From: Octopus vulgaris
Lineage: Eukaryota
Direction of reading: 5' to 3'
DNA: 64,000 nt
Assembly: GCA_951406725.2 (NCBI GenBank)
Contig: OX597828.1
Span: 12,338,001-12,402,000, forward strand
The notes beneath the pieces are model-generated. The model was given only the letters and a program-made list of their open reading frames with translations, had not been told where the DNA came from and did not search any database. Of the stretch, positions 28,006-41,224 are shown piece by piece; the first letter of the stretch is position 1; each line of letters begins with the position of its first letter. The translations under genes were made by a program, and so were the position numbers.

Positions 28006-28245
28006 GAAGGCGGCGAGCTGGCAGAAACGTTAGCACACCGGGCGAAATGCGTGGCCGTATTTCGTCTGCCGTTACGTTCGTTCTGAGTTCAAATTCCGCC
28101 GAGGTCGACTTTGCCTTTCATCCTTTCGGAGTCGATAGATTAAGTACCAGTTACGCACTGGGGTCGATGTAATCGACTTAATCCGTTTGTCTGTCCTTGT
28201 TTGTCCCCTCTGTGTTTAGCCCCTTCTGGGTAGTAAAGAAATAAG
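28006..28245 (+). mobile_element. SINE family C, full length, inside a (GATA)n microsatellite
   Basis: Head GAAGGCGGCGAGCTGGCAGAAACGTTAGC, B-box-like GAGTTCAAATTCC, tail gtagtaaagaaata. Confidence 0.9.
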
Positions 28246-28258
28246 ATAGATAGATACG

Positions 28259-28329
<71 letters not shown>

Positions 28330-28926
28330 GCAGACAGACAGACAGATAGATATTGTCTTATAACTTTCGGTATTTGTTATCAGACAGCAGCTGTACTAGA
28401 AAAAACACTTGTTTCCGTAACGAAGTCCTTAAACAAATGCCCATTTTAAATGTTATGATATAATACACCAATGTGTCAACTATTCCACGACTTTAAGTTT
28501 CATGCTAAAAGCCTTTCCGCAATAGGTTTTAATGTGAGTGAAAAATGAATCAAATACCGCTAATGAAGTCCCAGTTTCGCATGAATCTTAATCACTTAGA
28601 AGTGATTATATCTATGAACTTTATGATAATAAATATAGATTACACAATGCATTGGGTGGTCTTTCGTTTATTTATGATGCCCATATAACCACTTACTAAT
28701 GTTCAAAATGCATTGATAGATAGATAGAGAGATAGATAGAATATATATATATATATATATATATATTCGTATGTGTATGAGCATGTGTATGAACTCTGTG
28801 CGCGTGTATTTAAGTGACAGTGTGCTAGTATGTACGTTTATGTCTATGTATCTACGTTTAAAAAAGTGTACATATGCATGTGTATAGGTGTGAGCACGTT
28901 TGTATATATATATAACTACATGCTAA

Positions 28927-28974
<48 letters not shown>

Positions 28975-29049
28975 CATACATGTATGCAGATAGATTTGTA
29001 TAAATATATGCGCATATGGATAGATAAATAGTTAGACACACACACACAC

Positions 29050-29088
<39 letters not shown>

Positions 29089-29538
29089 GCACACATCTGC
29101 ACTAATGTCTTACATATATATATAAATAAAATCAATCTCATTACGTTAATGGTATTTAATAAGATGAAAGACAAAACTTCACCCTGGTGGGGAATGAGAA
29201 CATTTCATGTATGATACTAAATACTGAAAGTTCACATTTCCGTCAGCTTATCGCACCTATACATTGTTTATAAATATTATTCTTTAAAATTTCTATTAGA
29301 ATGCATTTATCGATTAGTTTGTATTTCATGTGGCATTTATGGACAATAACGTCCTTTTTATACAGGCTTCCAGTTGAGAAATGAACTGTTTTCATGATGG
29401 CGCAAGTAACAAGAGATTTTCTGTACTTCCTTTGCCTGTGGTTATATCATTTGCCAAAGATATATTTATTTGCACTGACATGGCTGTGATTCCGGGTCAG
29501 GTCACACTGCGCGTCATCATGGGCAGATCTAATATATC

Positions 29539-29783
29539 CAGGACCAGTTTTAAGCCAATTAGACATATTTGTTCAAATTGGGCCCTGCGCCAGGAGAAGG
29601 CCCTGTACACATGCTCGATGAATTTTTAGTATATTATTGTGGCTAACGGTGGAGCATCAAGCCTTCAACTTCTTTTAGCCGAGACAGGCGTACTACACCG
29701 AGCACAAAATATCTAACTTCAGCTTTTGTCAGCCCTGCTGACAACTCTTTAATGGGGCCCCGCACTTCCTAGCCCAGGCTCTG
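29539..29783. mobile_element. hAT-type MITE inserted into a family B SINE (about 29475-30070)
   Basis: Ends cagg...ctctg. 8-bp TSD aatatatc / aatataac. SINE sequence resumes on both sides. Confidence 0.7.
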
Positions 29784-30090
29784 AATATAACCCCTTGTCG
29801 AGTAATGTCTTGTGAGTGAATTTTGTAGACAGATGGTATATGGAAGCCCGTCGAATATATATGTATGTATCTTCACACTGTTTGTTGATCGGCCTTGGTC
29901 CAGTTATGGGCGCGTAAAACAGCAGCTTGGGACAAGACACCATTAGAATAAGTACCAGACTTTAAATAAGAGTAAGTACTGTGTCCCATTCGGTCAACTA
30001 ATCCCTTCAAAGTGGTGCTTCAGCATGGGCGTATTTCAATGACTAAATCACGTAAGAAATAAAAGAAAGAATACACACACACACACACAC

Positions 30091-30161
<71 letters not shown>

Positions 30162-30165
<4 letters not shown>

Positions 30166-30467
30166 GAGGCACATGGCCTAGTAGTTAGAGCAGCGGACTC
30201 GCGTTCGAAGGATCGCGGGTTTGAATCTCAGACTGGGCGATCTGTGTGTTTATGAGCGAAACACATAAGCTCCACGCGGCTCCGGAAGAAGGTAATGGCG
30301 AACTTCTGCTGACTCTTTCGCCACAACTTTCTCTCAGTCTTTCCTCCTGCATCTTGCAGCTCACCTGCGACGGACCGGCATCCCGTCCAGGTGGGAAACC
30401 TATACGCCAAGGAAACCGAGAAACCGGCCCTGGTGAGCCAGGCATGGCACGAGAAGGAACAAAAAAA
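30162..30467 (+). mobile_element. tRNA-derived SINE, family A (body 1 + tail A)
   Basis: Full-length copy. Confidence 0.92.
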
Positions 30468-30959
30468 CGTACATACGTATGTGTGTGTGTGTGCGTGTGT
30501 GTGTAAGTCAAGGCATAAAATAATAGTCATTACATTTTTCTTTATTATAGTAAATCAGTAGTCATTATAGGTTCGTTATCGATAGGTTTACTCAATCGGC
30601 CCATTGATCGATTGAGAAAATTTGAATGGCCTAGAAAAATTAATAATTAATGGTACATACGTCAGTCATTATATAATACACATACACACATATATACATT
30701 ACATACGACTGAGTCTGGCCACCGCTTCTTTCAGTTAATTTCCAATCGCAAGACATTAGAATCAGGCGGACCACAGTTACAATGGAAGTCACTCGCCCAA
30801 AATGCCACTCACTGAAATTGGACCCGAAACTGTATGGTTCTAAAGTGAATTTCCTAACTATACAGATATTCTTGCTCCAATGTCGAATACAAGAACATTT
30901 TACTGGAGAAATGACCGAAATGATTAAATCATCTCCAGTGTCAATATTTTATTTTATTT

Positions 30960-31272
30960 GCGTTCTGAGTTCAAATTCCGCCGAGGTCGACTTTGCCTTT
31001 CATCCTTTCGGGGTCGATAAATTAAGAACCACTTGCGTACTAGGGTCGATCTAATCGACTGGCTCCCTCCCAAAAAATTTCGGACCTTGTGCCTAGAGTA
31101 GAAAAGAATATTTATTTTACTCTATGTTCTGAGTTGAAATTCCGCCGATGTCGACTTTGCGTTTCATCATTTCGGGGTTGATAAATTAAGTACCAGTTGC
31201 GTACTGGAGTCGATCTAATTGAGTGACCCCCTTCCCCCAAGATTTCAGGCCTTGTGCCTATAGTAGAAAAGA
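30960..31272 (+). mobile_element. two tandem 5'-truncated SINE family C copies
   Basis: gttctgagtt.aaattccgccga...cttgtgccta.agtagaaaagaatat occurs twice. Confidence 0.85.
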
Positions 31273-31416
31273 ATATACACCCCACTCAGAATGGGATTGT
31301 CTGAAAATTACACAATAGTATAGAAAGACTGAAGATATATCTTTAATCTTTCATTTTTTACACGTTTCAGTAATTGGGCCGTGACCATATTGGGACGCCG
31401 CCTAATTAGGTTTCGT

Positions 31417-31640
31417 GCAGTGGTTCACAACCAGGATCTACATGAACCTTTGGGATTTATATAAGATTTTGTTTTAAAGTTTATGAGCAATAAATTTGTT
31501 ATACTTCTGTAAAACACACAATATTTTAACAATTTCTTTTGCAATTTCTAATAATATCTAATTATAAAGAATAATATCATTTTATAAACATAGTGTCCAG
31601 TAGAATAAAATAGGGATCAAAAAGATCCATAGGGGAAAAA
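31417..31640 (+). mobile_element. hAT/Charlie-like MITE fragment
   Basis: Starts cagtggttcacaacc. A similar opposite end (gagaaccactg) occurs at about 40011-40021. Confidence 0.5.
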
Positions 31641-31673
31641 ATTATATATATATATATATTATATATATATAAT

Positions 31674-31719
<46 letters not shown>

Positions 31720-31744
31720 CTTTTTACATTAAGGAAGTATCTTA

Positions 31745-32570
31745 GATCTAGATCATATTCTTAGGTTAACTGTGTCATTCTAAAATAGCTTTCAAATGAA
31801 CACCACCAGAAGTGAATAGATAGGCCGAAAACTACATGGATCATAATATGCACTATCCGGTACTCCATCAGCTTCCGCACAAAGATCTAGTTTTATAATA
31901 GGTTAGCTCTAACAACACTTCTCTAATTTGGTGAGACACAGTGAAGATAAACTGAAAGCTAGATGTTTTCCATCAAAGATGCTTGGGAAGGGTTATGATA
32001 ACGTACTGGCTAGACGACGACTCAATAAAGACGTTCTAGAGGGAGCCAGCAGAAGAGCAAGTAGCGAAATCATCATGGAAAGAAGATTGATAAACGTAAG
32101 TCATATACTTTAGTTCTCAGAACAATGTCTATCTAAAACAGCTTTCAAATGGACACCATCAGAGGAGGAGGACAGGGAGAGAGAGATCGAAAACTACATG
32201 GTGCAGAACATTCATAACTGACATGAGAGAGACCAATACTCATCATCATAGTTCAACCGTAGTCGAGACAATGGAATTTGCTATGTTACGCCAGACTTCA
32301 CGGTTCATCATAGCATTACGGAGGTCCTGTTGCTGGATGTCTGTATCCCTGGAGATTACATCAGGGTAGGAGAGTGTGCGCCCTCTGGTATCGCGAGTAG
32401 ATGGCTTCCAGAGGAGAAGAGGAGAAATTGCCTTGTTTTTAGCTTTACAACAATGTCCAGCAAACTGACCAATACTACATGGGTGGATGTAGAGAAAATC
32501 ACAGCCGATAGAAAGCAATGGCTTCAAGTTGCTGCCCAATGTGCTCGAGAGCATGCGAGTAACTGGTGCT
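31745..32570 (+). mobile_element. RTE-clade LINE 3' relics (two pieces)
   Basis: 'KTAFKWTP..G...GR..KTTWCRT...TWVDVEKITADRKQW'. Confidence 0.7.
32241..32466 (-). mobile_element. RTE-type LINE 3' end nested in an older RTE
   Basis: 'QFAGHC...LLLWKP...RGRTLSYPDVISRD...AMMNREVWR' plus (ATG)n tail. Perfect 10-bp TSD gaccaatact (32231-32240 and 32467-32476). Confidence 0.9.
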
Positions 32571-33320
32571 GAGTACTTACCTCGTGCTATATTTTATCGA
32601 TCTTGGAAGAGGTAAAGACCAAATCGATTTCGGCAGGACTGAACACAGAACGAAAGAGCGTCAAAATTTCGAAGGTATTTTGTCCATCACTGTAGTGATC
32701 ACACCAAACCACAGTTTCCTAAATATTGATGGCAAATTTTGGCACGAGGCCAGCAATTTCGGAGCAGGAGTAAGTCGATTACATCGTCAGCAGTGCTCAA
32801 CTGATACTTATCGACCTAGAATGGATGAAAGGCAAAGTCCACATCGACGGAATTTGAACTTAGAACGAAAAGCCGCTAAGCATTTTGCTCGGCGTGCTCA
32901 CGATTCTTATTTCTTTATACCCCACAAGGGTCTAAACATAGAGGGGACAAACAAGGACAGGCAAAGAGATAAAGTCGATTACATCGATCCCAGTGAGTAA
33001 GTGGGACTTAATTTATTGACCCCGAAAGGATGAAAGGCAAAGTCGACCTCGGCGGAATTTGAATTCAGAACGTAACGGCAGATGAAATAACTATCTCTTT
33101 ACTACCCACAGAGGGCGAAACACAGATACGACAAACAAGGACAGACAAACGGATTAAATCGATTACATCGACCCCAGTGCGTAACTGGTACTTATTTAAT
33201 CGGCCCCAAAAGGATGAAAGGCAAAGTCGACCTCGGCGGAATTTGAACTCAGAACGTAACGGCAGACGAAATACCGCTACGCATTTCGCCCGGCGTGCAA
33301 ATGTTTCTGCCAGCTCGCCA
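32570..33320 (-). mobile_element. chain of four SINE family C copies
   Basis: Repeated family C segments. The best-preserved copies are 32905-33090 and 33090-33320. Confidence 0.85.
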
Positions 33321-35377
33321 TCTTTCTCCATTCGCCAAATATTGAATGTATATTTAAATACACATTTAATAGCACTGTCATCTCAACACAGATGTTTAGA
33401 TTAGCTTACGTCACAGGTCTTGCAATGAGATCTCTAATTACTATTCCAGGCGTTCTGTTAACAACCTGTCAGTCTTCTCCAGATAACTCTTTCACTTCCA
33501 GTTTCTCAAAGAGCCGTTGCAAACGAGAGTTGCCAACTGCTTCACCCGACACCCAACCTCCGAGACCTTCTACCCTCGTTAATATGTGCAGATGTTTTTT
33601 TTTTCTTCACGTTACATAACAAATGTCTTGGAATTTTGTGTAACCTTGCAAATATTTTTGTCTTACAAGTCATACTAACTCTTTAGCCACCCACTAATCT
33701 ATATTCCATCAACATAAATAATCTACCACTCATATATATTATTTTTTTCTGTATATGTATATATATGTGTATGTGTGTTAGTGTGTGTGTCTTTATATAA
33801 GTAAACTAGTTTATGTGTACATGTAATATAATATACTAAATAATACATACAACAATATATATATATATACACATATGCTTTTCGTATGAATATGAATTAA
33901 TATGCATAATTTATATATGTGAGGATATATATGTATCATTATATATCTATGTGTATATGCGTTTGCGTGCGCGTATCTGTATACATATATATATATATAA
34001 TATACATACATGAATATATACATACGTATACCTACATAAATGATCATGTATATCATCGTATGCATAGTTTATATGCGATTTATAGTAATTCTTATTCCAT
34101 TTGTCAAACGATATGGGTTTTAGTTTTGGTTTTGGTTCTGATTCTTTTTTTCCTCCTTACATCGAACGCTCTGGTTGCTATGAAAACATTTGGTAACCCA
34201 TTATTACGGAATTGTGCGAGTAGCTAACAGAGGTCTGTTGCGAAAATACATATATTGATTTCTGAGACATATTTTCTAACATTAGTATGAGAGAGTTATT
34301 ATGTGATCTGACTGCTTTTTTTAAAGTTGTTATCAACTTAAAGTAGGGGTGGATGAAATAGGGATTATCAGCAGGAATGCTGATTCAGCGGATTTAGAGA
34401 TTACCATAATTCTGCGAAACGAAGAATGAACTTGTATGTGGTCGTTCGACCCGCTTAAAGTAGCTACTAAATTTCATAAAATAGCAGCATTCCGTGTTGA
34501 CAAATGAAGGTCACATTGTATATCGTAATGCCAGGTAAATGAAAGGACAGATGGTCATGAATGGAGTGTCTTTGACCATACCTCTACCCAATCAGATTTG
34601 AACTTGAAGCAAAGCAAATCCTACAACGACCACATAGACGTTGACTTTATCAATCACTCACACACACACATACACACACACACACACATACACGCGCGCA
34701 CGCTATTACATTCAATACACCGAGGGAGCCCTTTACGTTTGCTCGATCTGCAAACAAAACGAGCCAAACCTCCTTGAAATCTCTTTTTCAACGCACTAAC
34801 AGACAGACGCTATTGAATAATGTAGTCCTAGATATACTGTTCCTGAAAAACGAAACGAGCTAGTCGCAATGTTGGTCCTTTATCTGTCTCCTTTACAGGG
34901 CTAACCTGTGGGCTGAAACAATGATCAGCTTCTCATTCTTGAGTAACTCTAATACAGGAACTCTTTTCTATATATGCTCCTCCCGCTCCTCCCACGCATC
35001 TTGATTCTGCCTGTTTCACCTGCACTTCTTCTTCCTCTTTCTTTCTATGTTTCCTCGTCTAAAACTTAAACCAAGCTCATTCACCAATCCAATCACTCGA
35101 CAGAACCGTCCTCATCCTAACCATTGACATCATATTTTTAAACAGAAAAGGCGGAAAAGCTGGTAAAATCCCCAGCATACCGGAGTAAGTGCATAGCGGC
35201 ATTTCGCTCGTCTTTAAGCTCTGAGTTCAAATTCCGCCGACTTTACCTGGGGCGATGTAATCGATTACGTCTCTCCTCCAAAATTTCAGACCTTGTACCT
35301 ATAGTACAAAGGATTATCATCCATACATATATCCACAGGACGCAAACCTCCCTAAAACTGATTCCTAAAAAACAATT

Positions 35378-35690
35378 TTTCTTTATTTATGTGCCCTTTT
35401 CAAGCCTAGCCAGGCTCATGGGCCCGGTTCCTCGGTTTCTATGGCGTATATGTTCTTCCCAGCTGGACGGGACGACAGTCCATTGCAGCGTAACTCAAGA
35501 AACAGGAAGAAAGAGTGAGAGAAAGTTGGGACGAAAGTACAGAAGGGATCGCCACCACGCCCTGCCGGAGCCTCGTGGAGCTTTAGGTGTTTTCGCTCAA
35601 TAAATATACACAACGCCCGGTCTGGGAATGGAAACCGCAATCCTCCGACCGCGAGTCCGCTGCCCAAACCACTGGACCATTGCGCCTCCA
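35378..35690 (-). mobile_element. tRNA-derived SINE, family A variant
   Basis: Colinear with 2671-2971. TSD cctaaaaaa(aa)caat. Confidence 0.9.
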
Positions 35691-35995
35691 CCCTAAAAAA
35701 AAACAATACTTAATTAAATCTACTTGATTCCCCATTCTTCCTGCTCTAGTCTGTCTATGTCACCATTACCTAGAACTCAAACTAAGCACAATATCCAATC
35801 GTTGTTTCCCCAAGCAGAGTGCACTCCTTCCTCCCTGGTTTCAGCAGCCATTGAATTTTAGATGTTCAGCGACATTAATCTTATTAACCTCATCCATTTG
35901 TCTCTGACTCTCGTCAAGGAGAAGAGACACTACAAGAGTTCTAGAAATTCTACGCCGCCCCTCTTTTATTTCCCTCCTTCTTTCTTAATCGCGCG

Positions 35996-36390
35996 CATAC
36001 ATACATACATACATACATACATACATACATACATACATACATACATACATACATACATACATACATACACATACAAGATCACTTTCACAATTTTGTCAGC
36101 ATCAGCATCACTATCAGTATAACCAACAAGTCCATCACTATCATCATTGCAATCATCAGCATCATTACATATTTGACATCACCACCATCATCGCATCGCC
36201 GTCATCATTACGATCACCACCATCACCATCATCAGCAACATCATATATTCATCACTATTACCATCATCAACAGCAACATCACCGTTCTTATTAGCATTAC
36301 CAACCTTACCATTGAGTGATTAGAATCATGATCTCTAGCGTCATCATAATCAGCAGCAGCAATATCATCATCACCATCATCATCATCACG
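35996..36390. repeat. (CATA)n tract followed by degenerate (CAT)n
   Basis: Seen directly. Confidence 0.85.
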
Positions 36391-36781
36391 ATAAGCCTAT
36401 ATTATGAAAAGAAATATAAAAATGTTGAAAAAAACCCAACTCAACAGTAATTAAGACTCAATTAAAAGTTAACTTCATCACCGAACGTTGATCTCACTAA
36501 TTGTAATTAACAGGATAAAGTCTGATTAGAAGTATACTATTATGAAGTAATCGATAACAATTCAATCATATAACGGCCAATAAATTATAGTCTGGTCAAT
36601 TCCGAGCTAGGATTTTGTGGTTCTTATTGTTATTATCGTCACCGCTGTCCAGCGCCTAAGTCAGCTCTGATCGGGCAAATTTATGAAAATATTCGTTAGC
36701 GACCACTTTCTGCTTTTGCTCCTTTTATTTTATTCATGTATAGTGAAATGGAACCACAAATGGTAGTATACATAACACTTA

Positions 36782-36996
36782 CGAGTTGGTGCTGAAACGT
36801 TCCTGGTTTTGAGGGTGTCGCGAAAGGCTGACTGGAGGCTCAACGTTCCGAGTTGTTTTACAAGGATGAGAAAAACTGAAGGATCGCTGCAATAAGAGAG
36901 TGAATCTGAAAGGGGAATATGTTGAATAAAATCATAAGTAACTGATCTTACAGTATTTTATTTTACCCCAAACCAGGAACTTTTCAGCACCCTCCC
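36782..36996 (+). mobile_element. mariner-derived MITE
   Basis: TIRs ggtgctgaaa.gttcctgg / ccaggaacttttcagcacc with TA flanks. Retains the transposase end 'KL..RCNK.VNLKGEYVE*'. Confidence 0.85.
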
Positions 36997-37049
36997 ATAT
37001 GTGTATACAAATGTGGAACAGCAATAGCTTTAACATATCAGAACTCCGG

Positions 37050-37250
37050 TGAATCACCAGACACTGTTTCGACCTGGTTTGGTCACCTCTTTGACGAATA
37101 CACCATGCGTTCTGAGCCAAACCGAAAACACATTTTCCCATACATGAACTGGAAAACAAAGCATTTACTGGTTTGTATAGAAGCTAGTCCGTGCTATTCG
37201 TCACTGAGGAGATCAAACCAGATCGAAAAACGGTGTCTGAATGAAGCTCT
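37050..37250. ncRNA. divergent pair of minimal hammerhead ribozyme motifs
   Basis: + copy: CTGAGGA (37204-37210) GATC-aaacca-GATC GAAA..GTC. - copy (37100-37055): GACC-aaacca-GGTC GAAAC agt GTC, with a mutated core. Confidence 0.7.
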
Positions 37251-37571
37251 GTGTCATTAACACAGGTTTCTTTCAGAAATTTTCTCTGAGACAAAGTTTT
37301 ACAGTTAGTGCTGTACCACATTTATATACACATAAATGTTATGCACAATGGTATTTCAAGGTGCTTTTATGTTGTTCCAAGGTTGTTTGAAATACGTACA
37401 TTAATTCAAAATTAAGATACCCAATTCGGTCAAAGCTGAACTTGTGTCTCGAAACCGTAAAATTTACTTCTCAAGCCTAAGCCAGGTTTTTCTGAGAGAC
37501 TCTAGTAGTTGCTAAATTATACACAATTTCCCTCTACTATTAAAGGAAAGGCAAAGCTCATAAGCTTGACA

Positions 37572-37867
37572 CTGTTGCTGCTTGTTCTTTCTCGAGCCAT
37601 GCCTGGCTCATAAGGACCGGTTTCCCAGTTTCATTAACGTATAGGTCCCCCACCTGGACGGGACACCAGTCCGTCGCAGGTGAGCTGCTAGATGCAGAAG
37701 GAAAGAGTGAGTCAGAGTTGTGGCGAAAGAGTCAGCAGAATTTCGTCATTACCTTCTGCCGGTGCAACGTGGAGCTTAGGTGTTTCGCTCATAAACACAT
37801 ACATCGCCCGGTGTGAGATTCGAACCCGCGAGTTCGCCGCTCTAACCACTACGCCATGTGCCTCCAC
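37572..37867 (-). mobile_element. tRNA-derived SINE, family A
   Basis: Perfect TSD aagcttgaca. Confidence 0.92.
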
Positions 37868-38749
37868 AAGCTTGACATTACCGCCATCAAAATTACTGTT
37901 GTCAGAAGGTAAAGGTCCGGAATAGATGGAATGTGAGGACTGAGTGCGGCTGTGTAGAAGCTGATGGTTTGGTTTGACATTCAACCTGTTCCGGTGACAG
38001 TTCATTTTGATAGTGGTGGCGAACACACGCATGCGCGCGCACACATGCGCTCGCACATGTGATGAAATGTACGTATACTGATGGAGTGGAGCAGAAAGAG
38101 AGAGAGAGAGATGGAAAGAAAGAGATATTAAACATACAAAGATAAGTAGATGGTCACACACACACTTAGAGAGGCAGACACATACAGAGAGAGGGGTAGA
38201 GAGAACGAGAGAAACATGAAAACGTCTGTCAAATAATTCAGCGACGAACCAATGATGCCAATATGAGGTGCCAAAAACGGCTGCTGCGCCAAAATGTCTA
38301 ATAATCCTCCCTAGTTACCACTCAGCCATTTTGTTCGGGGATCTAACAATTCTGTCAACCCACCGTCCTTAACTGATACCTTCCATACCGACCGCGAAAG
38401 ATTAAAGTCCAAGGTTGAGCTCGGTGAAATCTGAACTTAGAATTAGAGAGTTTGTCTATCCAACGTTCTTTGTTCTAAACAAAAAGGCAGAAATAAGCGA
38501 TACATAATTATTATTTATCTTACGCTAGATAGTGTCTAACGTGTGACCTTTTGTTATCAGAAGTAACTGTCAGCAGAACGTCAGTTCTACTGAATTCACA
38601 GCGGGAAGAAGGGAAATTGCAAATGTTTATACATTTCAACAACGCATTTTCAAAGTAATTCAAATAGCTTAAGTGTCGAATCGAAACGGCTTATTTCATT
38701 GGCTATGAATTTACAATCCGATGATGCTATATAATAAGAAAGAGCTTCT

Positions 38750-38992
38750 TCGAAGGCGGCGAGCTGGCAGAAACGTTAGCACGCTAGGCGAAACGCCTAG
38801 CAGTATTTCGTCTGCCGTTACGTTCTGAGTTCAAATTCCGCCGAGGTCGACTTTGCCCTTCAGCCTTTCGGGGTCGATAAATTAAGTACTAATTACGCAC
38901 TGGGGTCGATGTAATCGACTTAATCCGTTTGTCTGTCCTTGTTTGTCTCCTCTGTGTGTAGCTCCTTGTGGGCAGTAAAGAAATATGAAGTA
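38750..38992 (+). mobile_element. SINE family C, full length
   Basis: TSD aagagcttct. Confidence 0.92.
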
Positions 38993-39221
38993 AGAGCTTC
39001 TGCGAGGTTGCTCGACTAGCTAGAAGCAGCAACAAATCTCCTCAGTTCATTAATTTTTTTCTTGAAGTAAAAGTCCTCTTTGGATTATGTAGTTACCTTT
39101 ATGTAGACAATAATAAATGGAACGGTCACGACTAGTACGCCTTTGATCATAATTCTACTTAATCTGGGGCTTAAATGAGGCTAAACAACAATATAGAGTT
39201 GCGTGGTTGTGTTTCGGGTGT

Positions 39222-39321
39222 NNNNNNNNNNNNNNNNNNNNNNNNNNNNNNNNNNNNNNNNNNNNNNNNNNNNNNNNNNNNNNNNNNNNNNNNNNNNNNN
39301 NNNNNNNNNNNNNNNNNNNNN
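39222..39321. other. assembly gap (100 N)
   Basis: Run of N. Confidence 1.
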
Positions 39322-39420
39322 CTCTTAAGCCACTACGCCATATGCTCACGGGCATATGTTATAGTGGTTAAGAGCGAGAGCTACTAACCTCAAGATTTCG
39401 AGTTTGATTCCAAGAAGTGA

Positions 39421-39492
<72 letters not shown>

Positions 39493-39882
39493 TGATGATG
39501 ATGATGATAATTATGATGATGATAATAATAATAATTATGATGATGATGATAATTATGATGATGATAATAATAATAATTATGATGATGATAATAATAATTA
39601 TGATGATGATGATAATAATAGTAATTATGATGATGATAATAATAATAATTATGATAATGATAATAATAATAATTATGATAATAATAATAACAACAACAAC
39701 ATTGTAAAATACCTTAAAAATGAGAACCTAGTTTCGAAAGTTGCCCCAAACACCTGATGAAGGCTGGAGGGTATACAAGCCGAAATGTTGTGTTAACAAC
39801 AGACACGATGAGGACAAATATCGGTCAAAAGTAAATAATGTAACTAATGTAAATAATTCCTCATCTCTTAAATATAGAACTA
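39322..39882 (+). mobile_element. tRNA-headed SINE-like element with (AAT/GAT)n spacer and hammerhead-bearing tail, in head-to-head arrangement
   Basis: Head ggcatatg..tagtggttaagagc.agagctactaacc...gagtttgattcc (39350-39422). An inverted copy of the head start lies at 39322-39346. Microsatellite 39424-39700. HHR 39749-39794. Confidence 0.75.
39749..39794 (+). ncRNA. minimal type I hammerhead ribozyme
   Basis: Stem I AACAC/GTGTT, CTGATGA at 39754-39760, stem II GGCT/AGCC, GAAA at 39782-39785, NUH site GTT (cleavage after 39789). Confidence 0.8.
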
Positions 39883-40092
39883 TATTAAGAATTGTATGTA
39901 AAAATTGTTAAACAATTCTGTGTATTGTAGAAGTATAATCAATTATATTGTCCATAAATTTTAACGATAAAATGTTATATTAACACCTGAAGGTTACATG
40001 AACCCTTGATGAGAACCACTGCACTATACTGTCTCCAGACCTGCTAGAAATAACAGCCAAAATATTTTTCAAATTACACTGTGGTATACAGG

Positions 40093-40271
40093 TAGGCGCA
40101 GGAGTGGCTGTGTGTTAAGTAGCTTGCTTACCAACCACATGGTCCCGGGTTCAGTCCCACTGCGTGGCACCTTGGGCAAGTGTCTTCTACTATAGCCTCG
40201 GGCCGACCAAAGCCTTGTGAGTGGATTTGGTAGACGGAAACTGAAAGAAGCCCGTCGTATATATGTATATA

Positions 40272-40328
<57 letters not shown>

Positions 40329-40550
40329 ATGTATTTGTGTGTCTGTGTTTGTCCCCCTAGCATTGCTTGACAACCGATGCTGGTGTGTTTATGTCCCCGT
40401 CACTTAGCGCTTCGGCAAAAGAGACCGATAGAATAAGTACTGGGCTTACAAAGATTAAGTCCCGGGGTCGAGTTGCCCGACTAAAGGCGGTGCTCCAGCA
40501 TGGCCGCAGTCAACTGACTGAAACAAGAAAAAAAGAGCAAAAGAGAGTAA
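40093..40550 (+). mobile_element. SINE family B, full length
   Basis: Head AGGCGCAGGAGTGGCTGTGTG.TAAG, B-box GGTTCAGTCCC, internal (TA)(TG) tract, tail ggcggtgctccagcatggccgcagtcaactgactgaaac. Confidence 0.93.
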
Positions 40551-41224
40551 AGAGATGTAGATGTTGATATTGGATGATTTAGTGTTAAATACTGGAAACA
40601 CGATATCCGGAAGATAATGTTGGGATATGATTCGAACTTCTATAATCAAAGACCCTTTTGGAGTCAGATGTGGAAGTAAGAAATAAAGGAATTAGCGAAC
40701 AAGAAAATAAGCCTCGCAAAGAAAACGAAATATACAAAGTACAATAATTAGATGTCAGAGGTCATGGTTTATAGAATTAGAAGTGCTTGGTTCCCTTGTC
40801 AATATTCTGTGAAATAATTGCGAAAGTATGTCATAGGTACTATAAATCAGCCTAGAAGGCTTGTCTGGGACATTATCTCCGAGATATAATTCTATATTTT
40901 CATATTTTATTTCCCTCGTGAAAGTTTGAAAATTTAAGAAGTGTTGAATTAGTCAACCTTTGATGACCTTATCTAAATTATATTATTATTGAAAATATAA
41001 AGGTTCGGCAGAATTGCCTCATTAAGCTGCACTTTTGGACCGGGAATATAAACGGGAACGTCTGATCTTAGTATTGATCATATGTAAATTGCAAATAATA
41101 CATCAAAGTTTATGTTAACCATCCAATTTCTGTATTCAGTGAGTTTTCATATTTTCTTCGAAAATTGCTATTAAATTGGATTTATAGAGTTTGAAGAGTC
41201 GTCGAATATATGGGATTTTATATA

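Noticed and set aside
39404-39757. Poly-Asn/Asp ORF
   Set aside because: Translation of the (AAT/GAT)n tract inside a repeat element.
40560-40800. Possible RLE endonuclease relic or upstream ITIH exon
   Set aside because: Motif traces are too weak and there are no convincing splice sites.
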